A stretch of 64,000 bases of DNA from Candidatus Dojkabacteria bacterium (GTDB lineage: Bacteria > Patescibacteriota > Dojkabacteria > B142 > WJKM01). The notes below the pieces were generated by a model. It ran no database searches, was not told where the DNA came from, and was given only the letters and a program-made list of their open reading frames with translations. Numbering within the stretch: position 1 is the first letter of the stretch; each line of letters starts with the position of its first letter. Made by a program: the position numbers and the translations under genes. Where the stretch lies: the NCBI GenBank assembly GCA_014729085.1, contig WJKM01000011.1, positions 170,852 through 234,851 on the forward strand. Direction: 5' to 3'. This document shows, piece after piece, positions 28,530-39,346 of this stretch.

Positions 28530-30449
28530 ATGAAATCAAAGAAAATAAATAAAGCCAAAAATACAAAAAAACAGAAGTATATTTTCCCAGAAGGGTCTAT
28601 TCCTAAACAAATACAAAATGCTTTATCCGAAACAATTAATAAAGAATTCGACATGAAGATTGCAACAGACGAAATACATCTTGAAAGGCCTAATGAATCT
28701 GCCCACGGTGATTATGCTTCAACTATTGCATTGCAGTTATCAAAAAATTTAAATAAAAAGCCATTCGAAATAGCAAAAGTACTTCACGCAAAAATTCTAG
28801 ATTCTAATGCATTTTCTGAAGGTATGAGACTAATCACTGGTGATTCAATCTTTATCTCAAAAGACGGTATCAAAATTGCTGGGCCAGGCTTCATAAACTT
28901 TGAACTTTCCCAAAAATCATTGATAAAAAATCTTATTAAATTTTCCGACAATGATTTTTATCAACTCGATTTCTTTAAGGATGAAAAAATTATGGTTGAA
29001 TTTACAGACCCAAATCCTTTCAAAGAATTTCATATAGGTCATGCATACAGCAATACAGTAGGAGAATCAATTGCTCGAATCTTTGAAGCTTTGGGAGCTG
29101 AAGTGAAGAGAGGAAATTTTTTTGGCGATGTTGGAATGCATGTTGCAAAATCTTTGTGGGGTATAAGAAAAAAACTGGATGAGGAAGACATTGAATTTGA
29201 AAAGTTGGAGGAATATCCTCTGGACGAAAGAATAAAATTTTTAGGGGAAGCCTATGCATTAGGAGCAACAGCATTTAAAGTAAGTAAAGATTCACGTGAA
29301 GAGATAAAAGACCTTAACTATTTAGTGTACATTGTTGGTCAGGAATATATGAAGGAAAAATTCAATTGGGAACCCCAAGTAAATTATAAACAATATGTTG
29401 AATATGATGAGGATGATTTAAGATGGGTAAAAAAAGTCTATTTTCAAGGTAAAACTTGGAGTATGAATTATTTTGAAACAATATACGAAATCTTAGGGAC
29501 TGAATTTGACTATTATTATCCGGAAAGTATTGCAGGAGAATATGGACTTCCCATTGTTAAAGAATATCTAGAGAAAGGTGTTTTCACTAAAAGTGATAAC
29601 GCTGTTGTTTTTGAAGGGGAAAAATATGGACTGCATACGAGAGTATTTATTAATTCTCTTGGACTACCAACTTATGAAACAAAGGATATAGGCCTTCCAA
29701 TAACAAAGTTTAAAGATTTTAAATACGACAAATCTATAATTGTTACAGCAAATGAAATTGATGAGTACTACAAGGTTGTACATAAAGCACTCAGCCTAAT
29801 AAAACCAGAGTTGGCGGAAAAAACAAAGCATATAAGTCACGGCATGGTTAAACTTCCAGAAGGAAAAATGTCTTCCAGAACAGGAAAAATTATAACCGGA
29901 AAATGGTTAATAGAAGAAACCAAGAAAAGGGTAAGGGAAATAATTAAAGATACTAATAGAATAGAGAAGAGCGAAATGGCAGAAGTAGCTGAGATTCTTG
30001 CCGTGGGTGCAATCAAATATGCCTTTTTAAAACCTAAGATAGGAGGAGACATAGTTTTTGATTTTGGAGAATCAGTAAGTTTCGAAGGCAATAGCGGACC
30101 CTATCTTCAGTATACTTACGCAAGATGTAAATCCATTTTAAATAAGAATGATCAAGAAATTGATATAAATGAGAGTCAGAATTTCAATCCACATGAACTT
30201 TCAATTGTACGAAGTTTAGTACACTACCAGGAAACAGTATTAGAAGCTGGAAGATGTTATTCTCCTCATCTAATTGCTACCTTTTTGTATGAATTAGCAC
30301 AAAGGTTCAATAACTTCTATCAAAACTGTCCCATTCTCAATGAAAAGGAGACATTAAAAAATAAGAGGTTACTAATCACTCATGCTGTTGCTAATGTACT
30401 AAAACATGGATTAAATACACTTGGAATAAAAACTGTCGAAAGCATGTAA
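28530..30449 (+). CDS. argS: arginine--tRNA ligase
   Basis: HGDYA, GPGFINF, PNPFKEFHIGH, KMSSRTG, GPYLQYTYAR. Confidence 0.97.
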   Translation: MKSKKINKAKNTKKQKYIFPEGSIPKQIQNALSETINKEFDMKIATDEIHLERPNESAHGDYASTIALQLSKNLNKKPFEIAKVLHAKILDSNAFSEGMRLITGDSIFISKDGIKIAGPGFINFELSQKSLIKNLIKFSDNDFYQLDFFKDEKIMVEFTDPNPFKEFHIGHAYSNTVGESIARIFEALGAEVKRGNFFGDVGMHVAKSLWGIRKKLDEEDIEFEKLEEYPLDERIKFLGEAYALGATAFKVSKDSREEIKDLNYLVYIVGQEYMKEKFNWEPQVNYKQYVEYDEDDLRWVKKVYFQGKTWSMNYFETIYEILGTEFDYYYPESIAGEYGLPIVKEYLEKGVFTKSDNAVVFEGEKYGLHTRVFINSLGLPTYETKDIGLPITKFKDFKYDKSIIVTANEIDEYYKVVHKALSLIKPELAEKTKHISHGMVKLPEGKMSSRTGKIITGKWLIEETKKRVREIIKDTNRIEKSEMAEVAEILAVGAIKYAFLKPKIGGDIVFDFGESVSFEGNSGPYLQYTYARCKSILNKNDQEIDINESQNFNPHELSIVRSLVHYQETVLEAGRCYSPHLIATFLYELAQRFNNFYQNCPILNEKETLKNKRLLITHAVANVLKHGLNTLGIKTVESM

Positions 30450-30488
30450 TCAATTACTAACATAGCTTTGATCTCCACCTAGACTTGC

Positions 30489-30518
30489 TTGACATATCTA
30501 TATATGGAAGATATAATC
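30489..30518 (+). promoter_or_regulatory. sigma70 promoter
   Basis: TTGACA ... TATAAT at about consensus spacing before 30565 gene. Confidence 0.65.
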
Positions 30519-30564
30519 CCTAACAACATAACCCATAATTTTAACTTTTTTTAAAATTTAGTTC

Positions 30565-31671
30565 ATGAAACCCTTCATTAACTTTCTATCAATCCTTCTT
30601 TTCAGTTTAGTTTTGATATTAAGTGCAGGAGGCTTGATTGTAGTTGCCACAGCATCACTTCTCGCTCAAAGCGATAATAATTATATTTCAGCCAACTCTC
30701 AAGATGAATCATTACTTTTGTCTGATGATGATGAAGAAAATCTAGAAGTAATTCATAATACTTTTGAAGTTTACGACGTAAAAATTAATGAATATAAAGA
30801 GGCTGGTATGATGAAAATATACAACGCTTCAGACAGTCTGAGAGAAATATACATCCACTTTAGACCTAAATCACCAGAAGATAAGAAAACAGCTTCCAAT
30901 TTTATATTCCGTGTTTATCGAGGGGAGGCTACTTATCTTGATGAAAACAATTATAGAGTAACTAGAAATAATAACTTTTCAAAACCAATATATGAGGGTA
31001 CTTTGGACAAAATCGGAAATGATCTTTTCGACGTTATCGAAAAAGAAGGAGAGGTTGAATACATATTTGAAGTGACTCTGAAAGATAGTTTTAAAGAAAA
31101 TAAAAAAAACGATGTGAGTTTTTCTCTGGAAATTGAAGGGGTGACTATTGAAGATAAAGATAAAGAGAAAAAAGAACCTATCCTTGATATCTCTTCATCG
31201 AATTGGTCTGATCTTAATTCTTATCATAATGTAAGCGAAGAAAGGCTTCCAGTAGTTCAAACATTCAAACCTCATATAGAAGGACAACTGTCTTACATTG
31301 AGATTTGTACTGTAAGGAATGTATCAATCGAAATTTATGAAGGCGAGGCTCTTGAAGAAGAAATACAAAATTTAAAAATAAAATATATAAGTAAATCCAT
31401 AGAAACAGAAGACACCGGAGAAATCTGCAGTGATTACGAAAATTTTACAAAAAAGAAAATTTATTTTGACCAATCGACCATTTTAGACACCGAAGAAGAT
31501 CAAGAAGGAAATTTTACAAAAATATACACACTCAGGTTCGTACCGGAAAATGATATATATTCAATTGCATTCCCACCTAAATCGGAATATACCGAAGGAA
31601 GATTAAGCCTAAGTGATTCCTGGGAAAACGAACTTGACGTTGCATTTAATACATGGATGATAGAAAAGTAA
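30565..31671 (+). CDS. secreted protein with TasA/CalY-like N-terminal domain
   Basis: Signal peptide; N-domain paralogous to 31723 gene (LL.DDDE, NAS, TLDK, EY.FE, N.V.FSL). Confidence 0.6.
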   Translation: MKPFINFLSILLFSLVLILSAGGLIVVATASLLAQSDNNYISANSQDESLLLSDDDEENLEVIHNTFEVYDVKINEYKEAGMMKIYNASDSLREIYIHFRPKSPEDKKTASNFIFRVYRGEATYLDENNYRVTRNNNFSKPIYEGTLDKIGNDLFDVIEKEGEVEYIFEVTLKDSFKENKKNDVSFSLEIEGVTIEDKDKEKKEPILDISSSNWSDLNSYHNVSEERLPVVQTFKPHIEGQLSYIEICTVRNVSIEIYEGEALEEEIQNLKIKYISKSIETEDTGEICSDYENFTKKKIYFDQSTILDTEEDQEGNFTKIYTLRFVPENDIYSIAFPPKSEYTEGRLSLSDSWENELDVAFNTWMIEK

Positions 31672-31722
31672 TATCAATATTTTAGTTATACTGTCCAAAT
31701 TTATTTTTTATTTTATATATAG

Positions 31723-33363
31723 ATGAGAAAAAACAGATTAACAGCATCAACCCTGCTGCTAGGAGCTTTGATACTCTTTGCTACTGCTAGCATGGTTGTT
31801 CTTGCTACAATTCTCGCAACAAGTACAGGTAACACCGTTACCGCTACTGCCACCGAAGGTTTTCTTCTAACAGATGATGACGAAACAATGCAATCTGAGA
31901 TAGAAGGAACTTTTAATTTACAAAACCTCGGTTCTGATTACGTAGAGGCTGCTACCATAGGTGTCTTAAACGCTTCAAGTACTCAGGAAGATCTTGATCT
32001 TCTAGTTCACTTTCTAGGCAATGATGATGATTCAGAAGGAACCGATAGAGCAACAGCTGCATACTTTGATGTCAGAATTTCTAAATTAAATGAAGAAGGA
32101 AACCCTGATCCAAATTTTGGAGATCAAGATGGAACAGCCGATGGATACTATATTACAACTCTTGATAAATTATCTGGAGAAAATAATGATGTAGTCTTTG
32201 ACCATGTTCCTTTTGGAGCTCAATACGAATACGTTTTCGAGATGAAAACTGATCATATGTTCCTACCTGGTGAGAAAAATAATGTCAACTTCTCTTTACA
32301 ATTTGAGAGTGTTGAGAATATGACAGGTGAATGGCAGTATGTAGGTAATACAGATTTTAGCAACAGCAATGTCTGGGATCTTTCTATTGAGACTAATATG
32401 CAAACCGATGAGACTTATGTAGCTTTTGTTGAAACAGATAATGGAAGCAAGGCAAGTGTTATGAAGTTTAATGGCACATCTTGGAAATACGTCGGTTCAC
32501 CAGCTTTTACACCAGACAGAGCTAACGAACTAAACCTTGCAATTAATCCAGTAAATGGAGATCTATATGTTGCATTTGGTGATAATTCCAACGGCCATAA
32601 AGCAAGCGTTATGAAGTTTAATGGGTCTACTTGGGAATATGTAGGGACTCCAGGGTTTAGTAATGGATATGGGTGGTATATTAACATTGATATCAATCCA
32701 ACTACTGGAGAACCATATGTAGCCTACTTTGACTACAACTCAACAAATAAAGTCATTGTTGAAAAATTTAATGGTACAACATGGGAAAACCTTCCTGATC
32801 CAGGAGTTAGCAGCCATGCAGAATTTTCTATCAATCCATATACAAGTGAACCTTACTTAGTTTACGCTACAAGTTCAGGCAAGCTTGAAGTGAAAAAATT
32901 TGATGGTTCAAACTGGAGCACTGTAGGAAATTCCGAATTTGGTTTTTCAAGTCCTCGTGATATAAATCCTGTTAAATTCAGCCCAACAACACATCAGCCT
33001 TATGTTGCTTTCTTACATGTAACAAGCTGGGTTCCTATTGAATATAAGCCAGTAGTAATGACATTAAATGACTCAACCTGGGAATATGTATGTTCAGATC
33101 CATCTACATGTGATCCTCATATTACCAGTGGATACGGAGACAATGTACATTTTGAGATGAGCTTATCAGGAAAACCAACTATTTCATATAGGGGCTCAAA
33201 TAGTCTAAGTGTGAAATATTTTGATGGTGAAAATTGGGAATTTTTAGGTGAACCAAACTTTGTTAGTGGATTTCATAATGATCTTTCAATTAACTCAAGA
33301 GGTGAGGTTCATGTTGCACAAGCAGATATGACAGATAAAGTATCGGTTCTTGCCTATAAATAG
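31723..33363 (+). CDS. secreted protein, TasA/CalY-like N-domain plus beta-propeller repeats
   Basis: Repeats of YVAF...ASVMKFNG..W.YVG. Confidence 0.7.
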   Translation: MRKNRLTASTLLLGALILFATASMVVLATILATSTGNTVTATATEGFLLTDDDETMQSEIEGTFNLQNLGSDYVEAATIGVLNASSTQEDLDLLVHFLGNDDDSEGTDRATAAYFDVRISKLNEEGNPDPNFGDQDGTADGYYITTLDKLSGENNDVVFDHVPFGAQYEYVFEMKTDHMFLPGEKNNVNFSLQFESVENMTGEWQYVGNTDFSNSNVWDLSIETNMQTDETYVAFVETDNGSKASVMKFNGTSWKYVGSPAFTPDRANELNLAINPVNGDLYVAFGDNSNGHKASVMKFNGSTWEYVGTPGFSNGYGWYINIDINPTTGEPYVAYFDYNSTNKVIVEKFNGTTWENLPDPGVSSHAEFSINPYTSEPYLVYATSSGKLEVKKFDGSNWSTVGNSEFGFSSPRDINPVKFSPTTHQPYVAFLHVTSWVPIEYKPVVMTLNDSTWEYVCSDPSTCDPHITSGYGDNVHFEMSLSGKPTISYRGSNSLSVKYFDGENWEFLGEPNFVSGFHNDLSINSRGEVHVAQADMTDKVSVLAYK

Positions 33364-33388
33364 GATCTTTGTGATCTAAACACTTAAG

Positions 33389-33417
33389 AAAGCCCTGTAT
33401 TCCAATACAGGGCTTTA
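33389..33417. terminator. bidirectional terminator between convergent genes
   Basis: AAAGCCCTGTATT-CC-AATACAGGGCTTT. Confidence 0.8.
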
Positions 33418-35199
33418 TCTTTTCCGTAGTATTCTTGAAACACCCCCAATGAAAATCACAACAAATAGAACAAAAAGACTTAACACCATTATCTGTGATG
33501 TATTCTCAAGATCCAATCCATATTGTAAAGAAACAACTCCAGCTTTTAGTCTATTTTTCATTTGATCAAACATAACTTCAGCCGTTTCCTTTTCTTTTTT
33601 AGGATATTTTTTCATAAACTGTTTGATAGATGTCAATTGACTTTTTTTCTTATCCATCTTAGCAACAGTTTGAATTTCAAATTTTGGAGGGTCTAGTTCT
33701 TGATTTGCCCCATAGGCATATCTCGATATTAAAGAAGGTTCATTAGGATTTTTATACGCAGTATGGCTATAGAAATGATTCAAATCTCCTCCTATTATGA
33801 TCTCTCCTGATTCACCCCAAGTAACATCTACGTCTATCCACTCATCAACTCCGGGCATATAAACCTGTACCCATTGATGCGGTTCTTGTTTATCACTTGA
33901 CATCCTGGAATCATATCCATAACCAAACACAGCCCGGGCTGGTATATTACTTGCGCGAGCAAGACTGATAAAAAGATCTGAATATTCCATACATACTGCA
34001 GAACCTCCAAGAAGAGTTTTTAAAGCTCCTTGCCTCTCATTTAAACCAAACCTTTTAACTTCATCATAGTCTATAGTATCAACAATATATTCATATATAT
34101 TTTTTACAATTTGAAATGTATTGTCTGAATCCTTTTTGAGTTTTTCAGCTTTAACTTGAATTGGTTCGCTATTAACTTCCCAATATTCTGCAGGTTTAGT
34201 ATATTTTTGTACCAATCCATCTTCTATGTCACCTAGAGAACCAACTTCTTTTTCGAAATCAAACTCCTCAGTTTTTTCAATATATGCATAGCCGTCAATA
34301 ATAATCTCATGATTTTCATTTGATAAAAATTCAAATTCGGCAAATAAATTTCCTTCTTCATCTTCAAAGATGGCTGTTGGCTCCGGATCGATGCTACTTA
34401 AAAAAACCTCCTGTTTTATTTCTCCTACTGAAAAATCTTTAGGTATTACCAATTCAAATCTATTTTTCAAACCTGTTAATTTTTCTTCTGTAGCATCTGC
34501 ATATTGAGTAATTTTAAAATCATAGATCTGATAAGTTCCAAGTTGTAGCCAGATATATGCATCTACCAAAGACTCCTGATCAAAACTGTAAAGAGTATAA
34601 TCTAATGCTCTCTCTGTGTTTTTTGGCTCTGGATTAATAAAATTAACCTCTTTATCAATAGAAGAGGGGATTATTAATTTTGTGGAGTAAATCATCTTTG
34701 TATTTGAGGTCTCAAACTCAAAGTTTTTCTCAAAGCCATGGATGTAAACATCAATCAATGCCCCATTTTGATAAACCAACGAAGGATGTGTATACTCTAA
34801 CGTAAACTCTCGACTTTCTCCGAAATAAAGATCTCTTCCATAAGGAAAACTTATCTTTGCAATACTATCTTCAATCTTGCTGTTAAAATCTTTTGCTTCG
34901 CCATTCTCGGTTACTTTTACCGTTTCAAGAGCTTCTTCTAAAATTTTCAGTGTATTGGGATCATCTATCCGGAAGGCTAGTATTGAAAAATCTACTGTCT
35001 CTTCCCCAGGAATATATAGTTTCTCTAAATTATTCCTTATAGACTGTTTTTCTGTAACTTTCATTTCTAAATCATCTGTGACTTCATATGTCCTTTCTAT
35101 GTTCACTCTAATTTTTGCTGAGGTGCTTGTTATACTAAGAAAGAGGAACAAGGGAATAAAAGCAAGTATTTTTTGTAATTGAAAACATTGTTTTTTCAT
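33415..35199 (-). CDS. transglutaminase-domain membrane-anchored protein
   Basis: Signal peptide, VCMEYS (Cys), PHQW (His), DVTW (Asp), C-terminal TM. Confidence 0.88.
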   Translation of the reverse strand: MKKQCFQLQKILAFIPLFLFLSITSTSAKIRVNIERTYEVTDDLEMKVTEKQSIRNNLEKLYIPGEETVDFSILAFRIDDPNTLKILEEALETVKVTENGEAKDFNSKIEDSIAKISFPYGRDLYFGESREFTLEYTHPSLVYQNGALIDVYIHGFEKNFEFETSNTKMIYSTKLIIPSSIDKEVNFINPEPKNTERALDYTLYSFDQESLVDAYIWLQLGTYQIYDFKITQYADATEEKLTGLKNRFELVIPKDFSVGEIKQEVFLSSIDPEPTAIFEDEEGNLFAEFEFLSNENHEIIIDGYAYIEKTEEFDFEKEVGSLGDIEDGLVQKYTKPAEYWEVNSEPIQVKAEKLKKDSDNTFQIVKNIYEYIVDTIDYDEVKRFGLNERQGALKTLLGGSAVCMEYSDLFISLARASNIPARAVFGYGYDSRMSSDKQEPHQWVQVYMPGVDEWIDVDVTWGESGEIIIGGDLNHFYSHTAYKNPNEPSLISRYAYGANQELDPPKFEIQTVAKMDKKKSQLTSIKQFMKKYPKKEKETAEVMFDQMKNRLKAGVVSLQYGLDLENTSQIMVLSLFVLFVVIFIGGVSRILRKR

Positions 35200-35318
35200 A
35201 ACCCTTATATTATATAGTAAGTTATTGTGCTGTTAAGGTAAAATTTAGTGCTATTTTACAAAATAATATGTTTTGTTTGAATTATGTATAATATCATTTT
35301 TATTATTTGAAACTTTAC

Positions 35319-37454
35319 ATGAAATTACTCGAAGGACTCAACGCTCCTCAGCGTGAAGCTGTTGAAACTACTGAAGGACCAGTACTTGTACTGGCGGGTG
35401 CAGGATCTGGAAAAACAAGAGTTCTGACTCATCGTATTGCTTATATTCTCTCTCAAAATAAAGCAAAGACAGAGGAAATACTTGCTGTTACTTTTACAAA
35501 CAAAGCTGCAAATGAAATGAAAGAGAGAATATCTTCCCTCCTCGGCCAAAATTCTCATTCTTATCATAGATCTATCCCTTGGTGCGGAACCTTCCATTCT
35601 ATTTGTGTAAGAATATTGAGAAACAATGGTGAAAAAATTGGAATAAACAATTCTTTTACAATATATGACTCTACTGATTCATTAAATGTAATTAAAGAAT
35701 CTATGGATCGACTTTCTATTAGCAAGAAAGATTTTAATCCATATGCTATACGTTCGGTGATATCTTCTTCAAAAAACGAGCTTATTACCGCACAACAATT
35801 CACTAAGCATGCTGACGGCTACTTTCAAGAAACTGTAGCTAAAATTTATCCCAAATATCAAGAAATTTTACGAAATAATCAGGCACTAGATTTCGACGAC
35901 CTGATAATGAGAACATCACAACTTTTTGATCAATATGATGATGTTCTCAAAAAATACAAACAGATCTTTAAGTATGTAAATGTAGATGAATATCAAGATA
36001 CGAACCATGCACAATACTACCTTATAAAACAACTTACTGAAAAAAATATTTGCGTAGTTGGAGATGATGATCAAAGCATTTATGGATTCAGAGGAGCCAA
36101 TATTCAAAATATTTTAAGTTTTGAGAATGATTTTGAAGATGCAAAAGTAATCAAATTAGAACAAAACTACCGGTCTACACAAAATATATTAGATGCAGCT
36201 CATCATGTAGTTACGAAAAATACAAATAGAAGAAAGAAAAAACTTTGGACTGAACAGAGTGGGGGAGACAAAATTAGGATTCACAAATGTTTAGATGAAT
36301 CAGACGAAGCCGACTGGGTTGCCGGAGAGTGTCTTCATCTCCTGAATGATAAAAAGGTAGATCCAAATCAAATCGCTATTCTTTACAGAACCAATGCCCA
36401 ATCTCGTGCAATGGAAGAAGCGTGCATTAATAATGAAATTCCTTATAAAATTGTTGGCAGTATTAGATTTTACGATCGTAAAGAAATTAAAGACATCATT
36501 TCTTACTTAAGAATTCTTGTCAATCCTGAGGATAATCATAGTCTCCTAAGAATTGTTAATACCCCTAGAAGAGGAATCGGAGAAAAAACCCAAAAACTTA
36601 TTGAGAATACAGCAAGAGAATTAGGATTAAGCTTGACGGAATTTTTAGTTAATGAGTCCGATTCTATCGATAATTCTACAATAAAAAATCTATCTGACAT
36701 ATTACGCGATATATTGAATCATAAAAAGGAAGCCACCCTTACAGAATTGATTAAATTTATACTGGATAGATCAGGATACTGGGATTTTCTCAATGATGGA
36801 ACGATTGAGAACCAATCAAGAATGGAAAATCTGAAAGAACTCATTAGTGTTGCCAGTAGATACGATGAAATGAACTCCGATGATGCGTTGCCCCAATTCC
36901 TTGAGGATGTTGCATTAATAGAGGAGCATTCAAAAAAAGAAAAACAAGATGCAGTTACTCTGATGACCGTACATGCCTCTAAGGGTTTGGAATTCAAATA
37001 TATTTTTCTCATTGGAATGGAGGAAACACTTTTCCCTCATCAAAACTCTCTTTATAACCCAAAAGAAATTGAAGAAGAAAGGAGATTAGCTTATGTCGCA
37101 ATTACAAGAGCAAAACAAAAAATTCATATAACGCATTGTGAGTCTAGAAGATATTATGGCAAAATCCAAAATAATTCACCTTCAAGGTTTATAGAGGATA
37201 TACCAAAAAAGCTTACCGAAATTTCTTCTTCAGTAATTTCCATGAGTGATGAAGAAATATTCGAAGATTATTTTGAAGATGAAGATGAAAAAGAAATACA
37301 AATAAATTTAAAACCAGGGGACAAAGTTAAACATGAAATCTTTGGAAAGGGTAAAGTTATTGAAATAGATGATTCAACTGTTGTTATAGATTTTGGAATT
37401 GGGAAGGGAAAAAAAGAACTTGCATTGGAATATGCAAGAATGGAAAAAATATAA
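35319..37454 (+). CDS. pcrA: ATP-dependent DNA helicase PcrA/UvrD (likely ATG 35319; ORF track 35307)
   Basis: AGAGSGKT, DEYQDTN, VGDDDQSIY, EERRLAYVAITRA, C-terminal Tudor-like domain. Confidence 0.96.
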   Translation: MKLLEGLNAPQREAVETTEGPVLVLAGAGSGKTRVLTHRIAYILSQNKAKTEEILAVTFTNKAANEMKERISSLLGQNSHSYHRSIPWCGTFHSICVRILRNNGEKIGINNSFTIYDSTDSLNVIKESMDRLSISKKDFNPYAIRSVISSSKNELITAQQFTKHADGYFQETVAKIYPKYQEILRNNQALDFDDLIMRTSQLFDQYDDVLKKYKQIFKYVNVDEYQDTNHAQYYLIKQLTEKNICVVGDDDQSIYGFRGANIQNILSFENDFEDAKVIKLEQNYRSTQNILDAAHHVVTKNTNRRKKKLWTEQSGGDKIRIHKCLDESDEADWVAGECLHLLNDKKVDPNQIAILYRTNAQSRAMEEACINNEIPYKIVGSIRFYDRKEIKDIISYLRILVNPEDNHSLLRIVNTPRRGIGEKTQKLIENTARELGLSLTEFLVNESDSIDNSTIKNLSDILRDILNHKKEATLTELIKFILDRSGYWDFLNDGTIENQSRMENLKELISVASRYDEMNSDDALPQFLEDVALIEEHSKKEKQDAVTLMTVHASKGLEFKYIFLIGMEETLFPHQNSLYNPKEIEEERRLAYVAITRAKQKIHITHCESRRYYGKIQNNSPSRFIEDIPKKLTEISSSVISMSDEEIFEDYFEDEDEKEIQINLKPGDKVKHEIFGKGKVIEIDDSTVVIDFGIGKGKKELALEYARMEKI

Positions 37455-37474
37455 ACTCTAAAAAGTCCCCAATT

Positions 37475-38791
37475 TTAATACTGCATAATAAATTCTAGAA
37501 TTTTCCTAATTTCATCTGTTCCTATACCCTGATGTGTTGGTAAATTGATAGATCTCTGAACAAGCCATTCAGCCTTTGGGCAGGAACCTTCTTTATAATT
37601 CAGAGCACACATATCTACTCCCTGGCAATGAATAACCTCTGTATACCAATTTCCAAGAATTATTCCTTTTGTCTCTGCATCTCTCCTTACATTTTCTGCA
37701 TCTTCCATAACAATAGGAAACCTTAACCATGTCGGAGGCGCGTATCTTGAGGCCTCATTTCTTTTCACGATTTTTATTCCCCGTACTGGTTTTCTTGCGT
37801 CTTCATTAGAAAGTATAGATACTTTCATATTATTATCTTGTTGGACAGTTATGTAATTAGATAAAACCTTAAAATAATTTGAGGCAACCCTTTTACGATG
37901 TTGAATAAATTTCTCCAGTTTACCAAATTGCTTCAATCCCAGTATCGCATTAGAATTGGGCATAGAGTAGGGTAGATGGTTTGCTTTTTTCCCTGTAAGC
38001 TCTTCTTTTGTCAATCCCAATTCATGAAGTCTGATTTTCACAAGAAATTTATAAATTAAGTCTCCAATAAATCCAAACTTTTCTCTTACTTTCCAAATAC
38101 AAGGATTTAATATTCCACGGATAATATCTCTTATTCTAGGTTTCTTAAGATATTCATATTCATCCTCCAAGGGTATTCGAGCTCTTTTATTATGAACAAC
38201 AGCGAAACCCCCTCTTGTTGCCGAAATAATTTTCTCCTGCCCTAATGAGATCATCGCAGCATCGCCAAAAGTTCCGGCCTTGTATCTTTTCCCATCTACT
38301 TGAAATACTTGTCCGAAATTGTGACAGTTGTCTTCTATTAGAATTAGATTATGTTTACTGCAAATATCCTTGATTCTTGAAAGATTGGGAACTATACCAA
38401 AAGTATACTGCACAATTACCGCTTTTGTTTTTAATGTAATTTTTTTCTCTAAATCATCCACATCAATATTAAAGTTATCCAGATCAATATCCACATAAAT
38501 TGGTTTTGCCCCTACCCATAAAATTGGATTCGGTAAAGCAACACAGGTAAAAGCTTGAAGGAGAACTTCGTCACCTTTTCCAATTCCAAAAGCTTTTAAA
38601 ATTGCGTACAGGGAAGAACGAGCGCTATCAAAAGCATATGCTTTTGTATCTAGAAAGTCTCCTACCTTTTTTTCAAGATGTTCTACAGCTTTATTTCCAA
38701 ACCATTTCCAAGGTCGAAACAACAAAGATAAAGCTAAAACAATATCATCTTTTTGAGCATTTGGAGCCCACGAAATTGAAATTTTCTTCAT
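37475..38791 (-). CDS. DegT/DnrJ/EryC1/StrS PLP aminotransferase
   Basis: GDEV, IEDNCH, SLGQEK, RGG, LPTH. Confidence 0.9.
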   Translation of the reverse strand: MKKISISWAPNAQKDDIVLALSLLFRPWKWFGNKAVEHLEKKVGDFLDTKAYAFDSARSSLYAILKAFGIGKGDEVLLQAFTCVALPNPILWVGAKPIYVDIDLDNFNIDVDDLEKKITLKTKAVIVQYTFGIVPNLSRIKDICSKHNLILIEDNCHNFGQVFQVDGKRYKAGTFGDAAMISLGQEKIISATRGGFAVVHNKRARIPLEDEYEYLKKPRIRDIIRGILNPCIWKVREKFGFIGDLIYKFLVKIRLHELGLTKEELTGKKANHLPYSMPNSNAILGLKQFGKLEKFIQHRKRVASNYFKVLSNYITVQQDNNMKVSILSNEDARKPVRGIKIVKRNEASRYAPPTWLRFPIVMEDAENVRRDAETKGIILGNWYTEVIHCQGVDMCALNYKEGSCPKAEWLVQRSINLPTHQGIGTDEIRKILEFIMQY

Positions 38792-39324
38792 GATTTAATG
38801 TTCTCTTTTAAAATATTTCTTAACTTCTCAATCTGTTGATCATTCCGAAACGCTTTTTTGGGCACTAAATGACATACTCTATCGCTTAAATATAGTACGA
38901 AATAATCTTTCTGTTCTTGATATTTTCTAATCATTTCCCAACCTGTCTGGGTCTTTGATGATAAGATTGATGCCTCGAATTTTTTATCCATGAATTTATA
39001 AGTCTTTTCCGAAAGCAGTAATGGTTCTTTTTTTATTTGTATTGACCAAAAAAGTTTTACTAGATAAATTACAAGAACCAATAGGTGAAAAAAAATATTC
39101 ATAAAAAAAACTAATATTCCTGCACTTAATAGAAAAGAAAATATTGGAATTACCAAAGACGATGAGGCATATCTTCTTTCTAAGATTTTTGGAAAGACAA
39201 TAGCCGAAGATAATATAAAAGAGAAGGTAAAGATAAGGAAATGGGATTTATAGTTCGAGATATATCTTTTAAGAAAAAATTTTAAGTAATCTTGAAATGT
39301 CAGTTTAAATTTAATACTAATCAT
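38788..39324 (-). CDS. YcxB-like membrane protein
   Basis: Two TMs then W..I....E...YF.LY.......VPKKAF. Confidence 0.7.
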   Translation of the reverse strand: MISIKFKLTFQDYLKFFLKRYISNYKSHFLIFTFSFILSSAIVFPKILERRYASSSLVIPIFSFLLSAGILVFFMNIFFHLLVLVIYLVKLFWSIQIKKEPLLLSEKTYKFMDKKFEASILSSKTQTGWEMIRKYQEQKDYFVLYLSDRVCHLVPKKAFRNDQQIEKLRNILKENIKS

Positions 39325-39346
39325 AGGAAGCTTTTATCAATGTGAT

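Noticed and set aside
29288-29303. TTCACGTGAA parS-like core inside argS
   Set aside because: Flanks mismatch and it lies in coding sequence.
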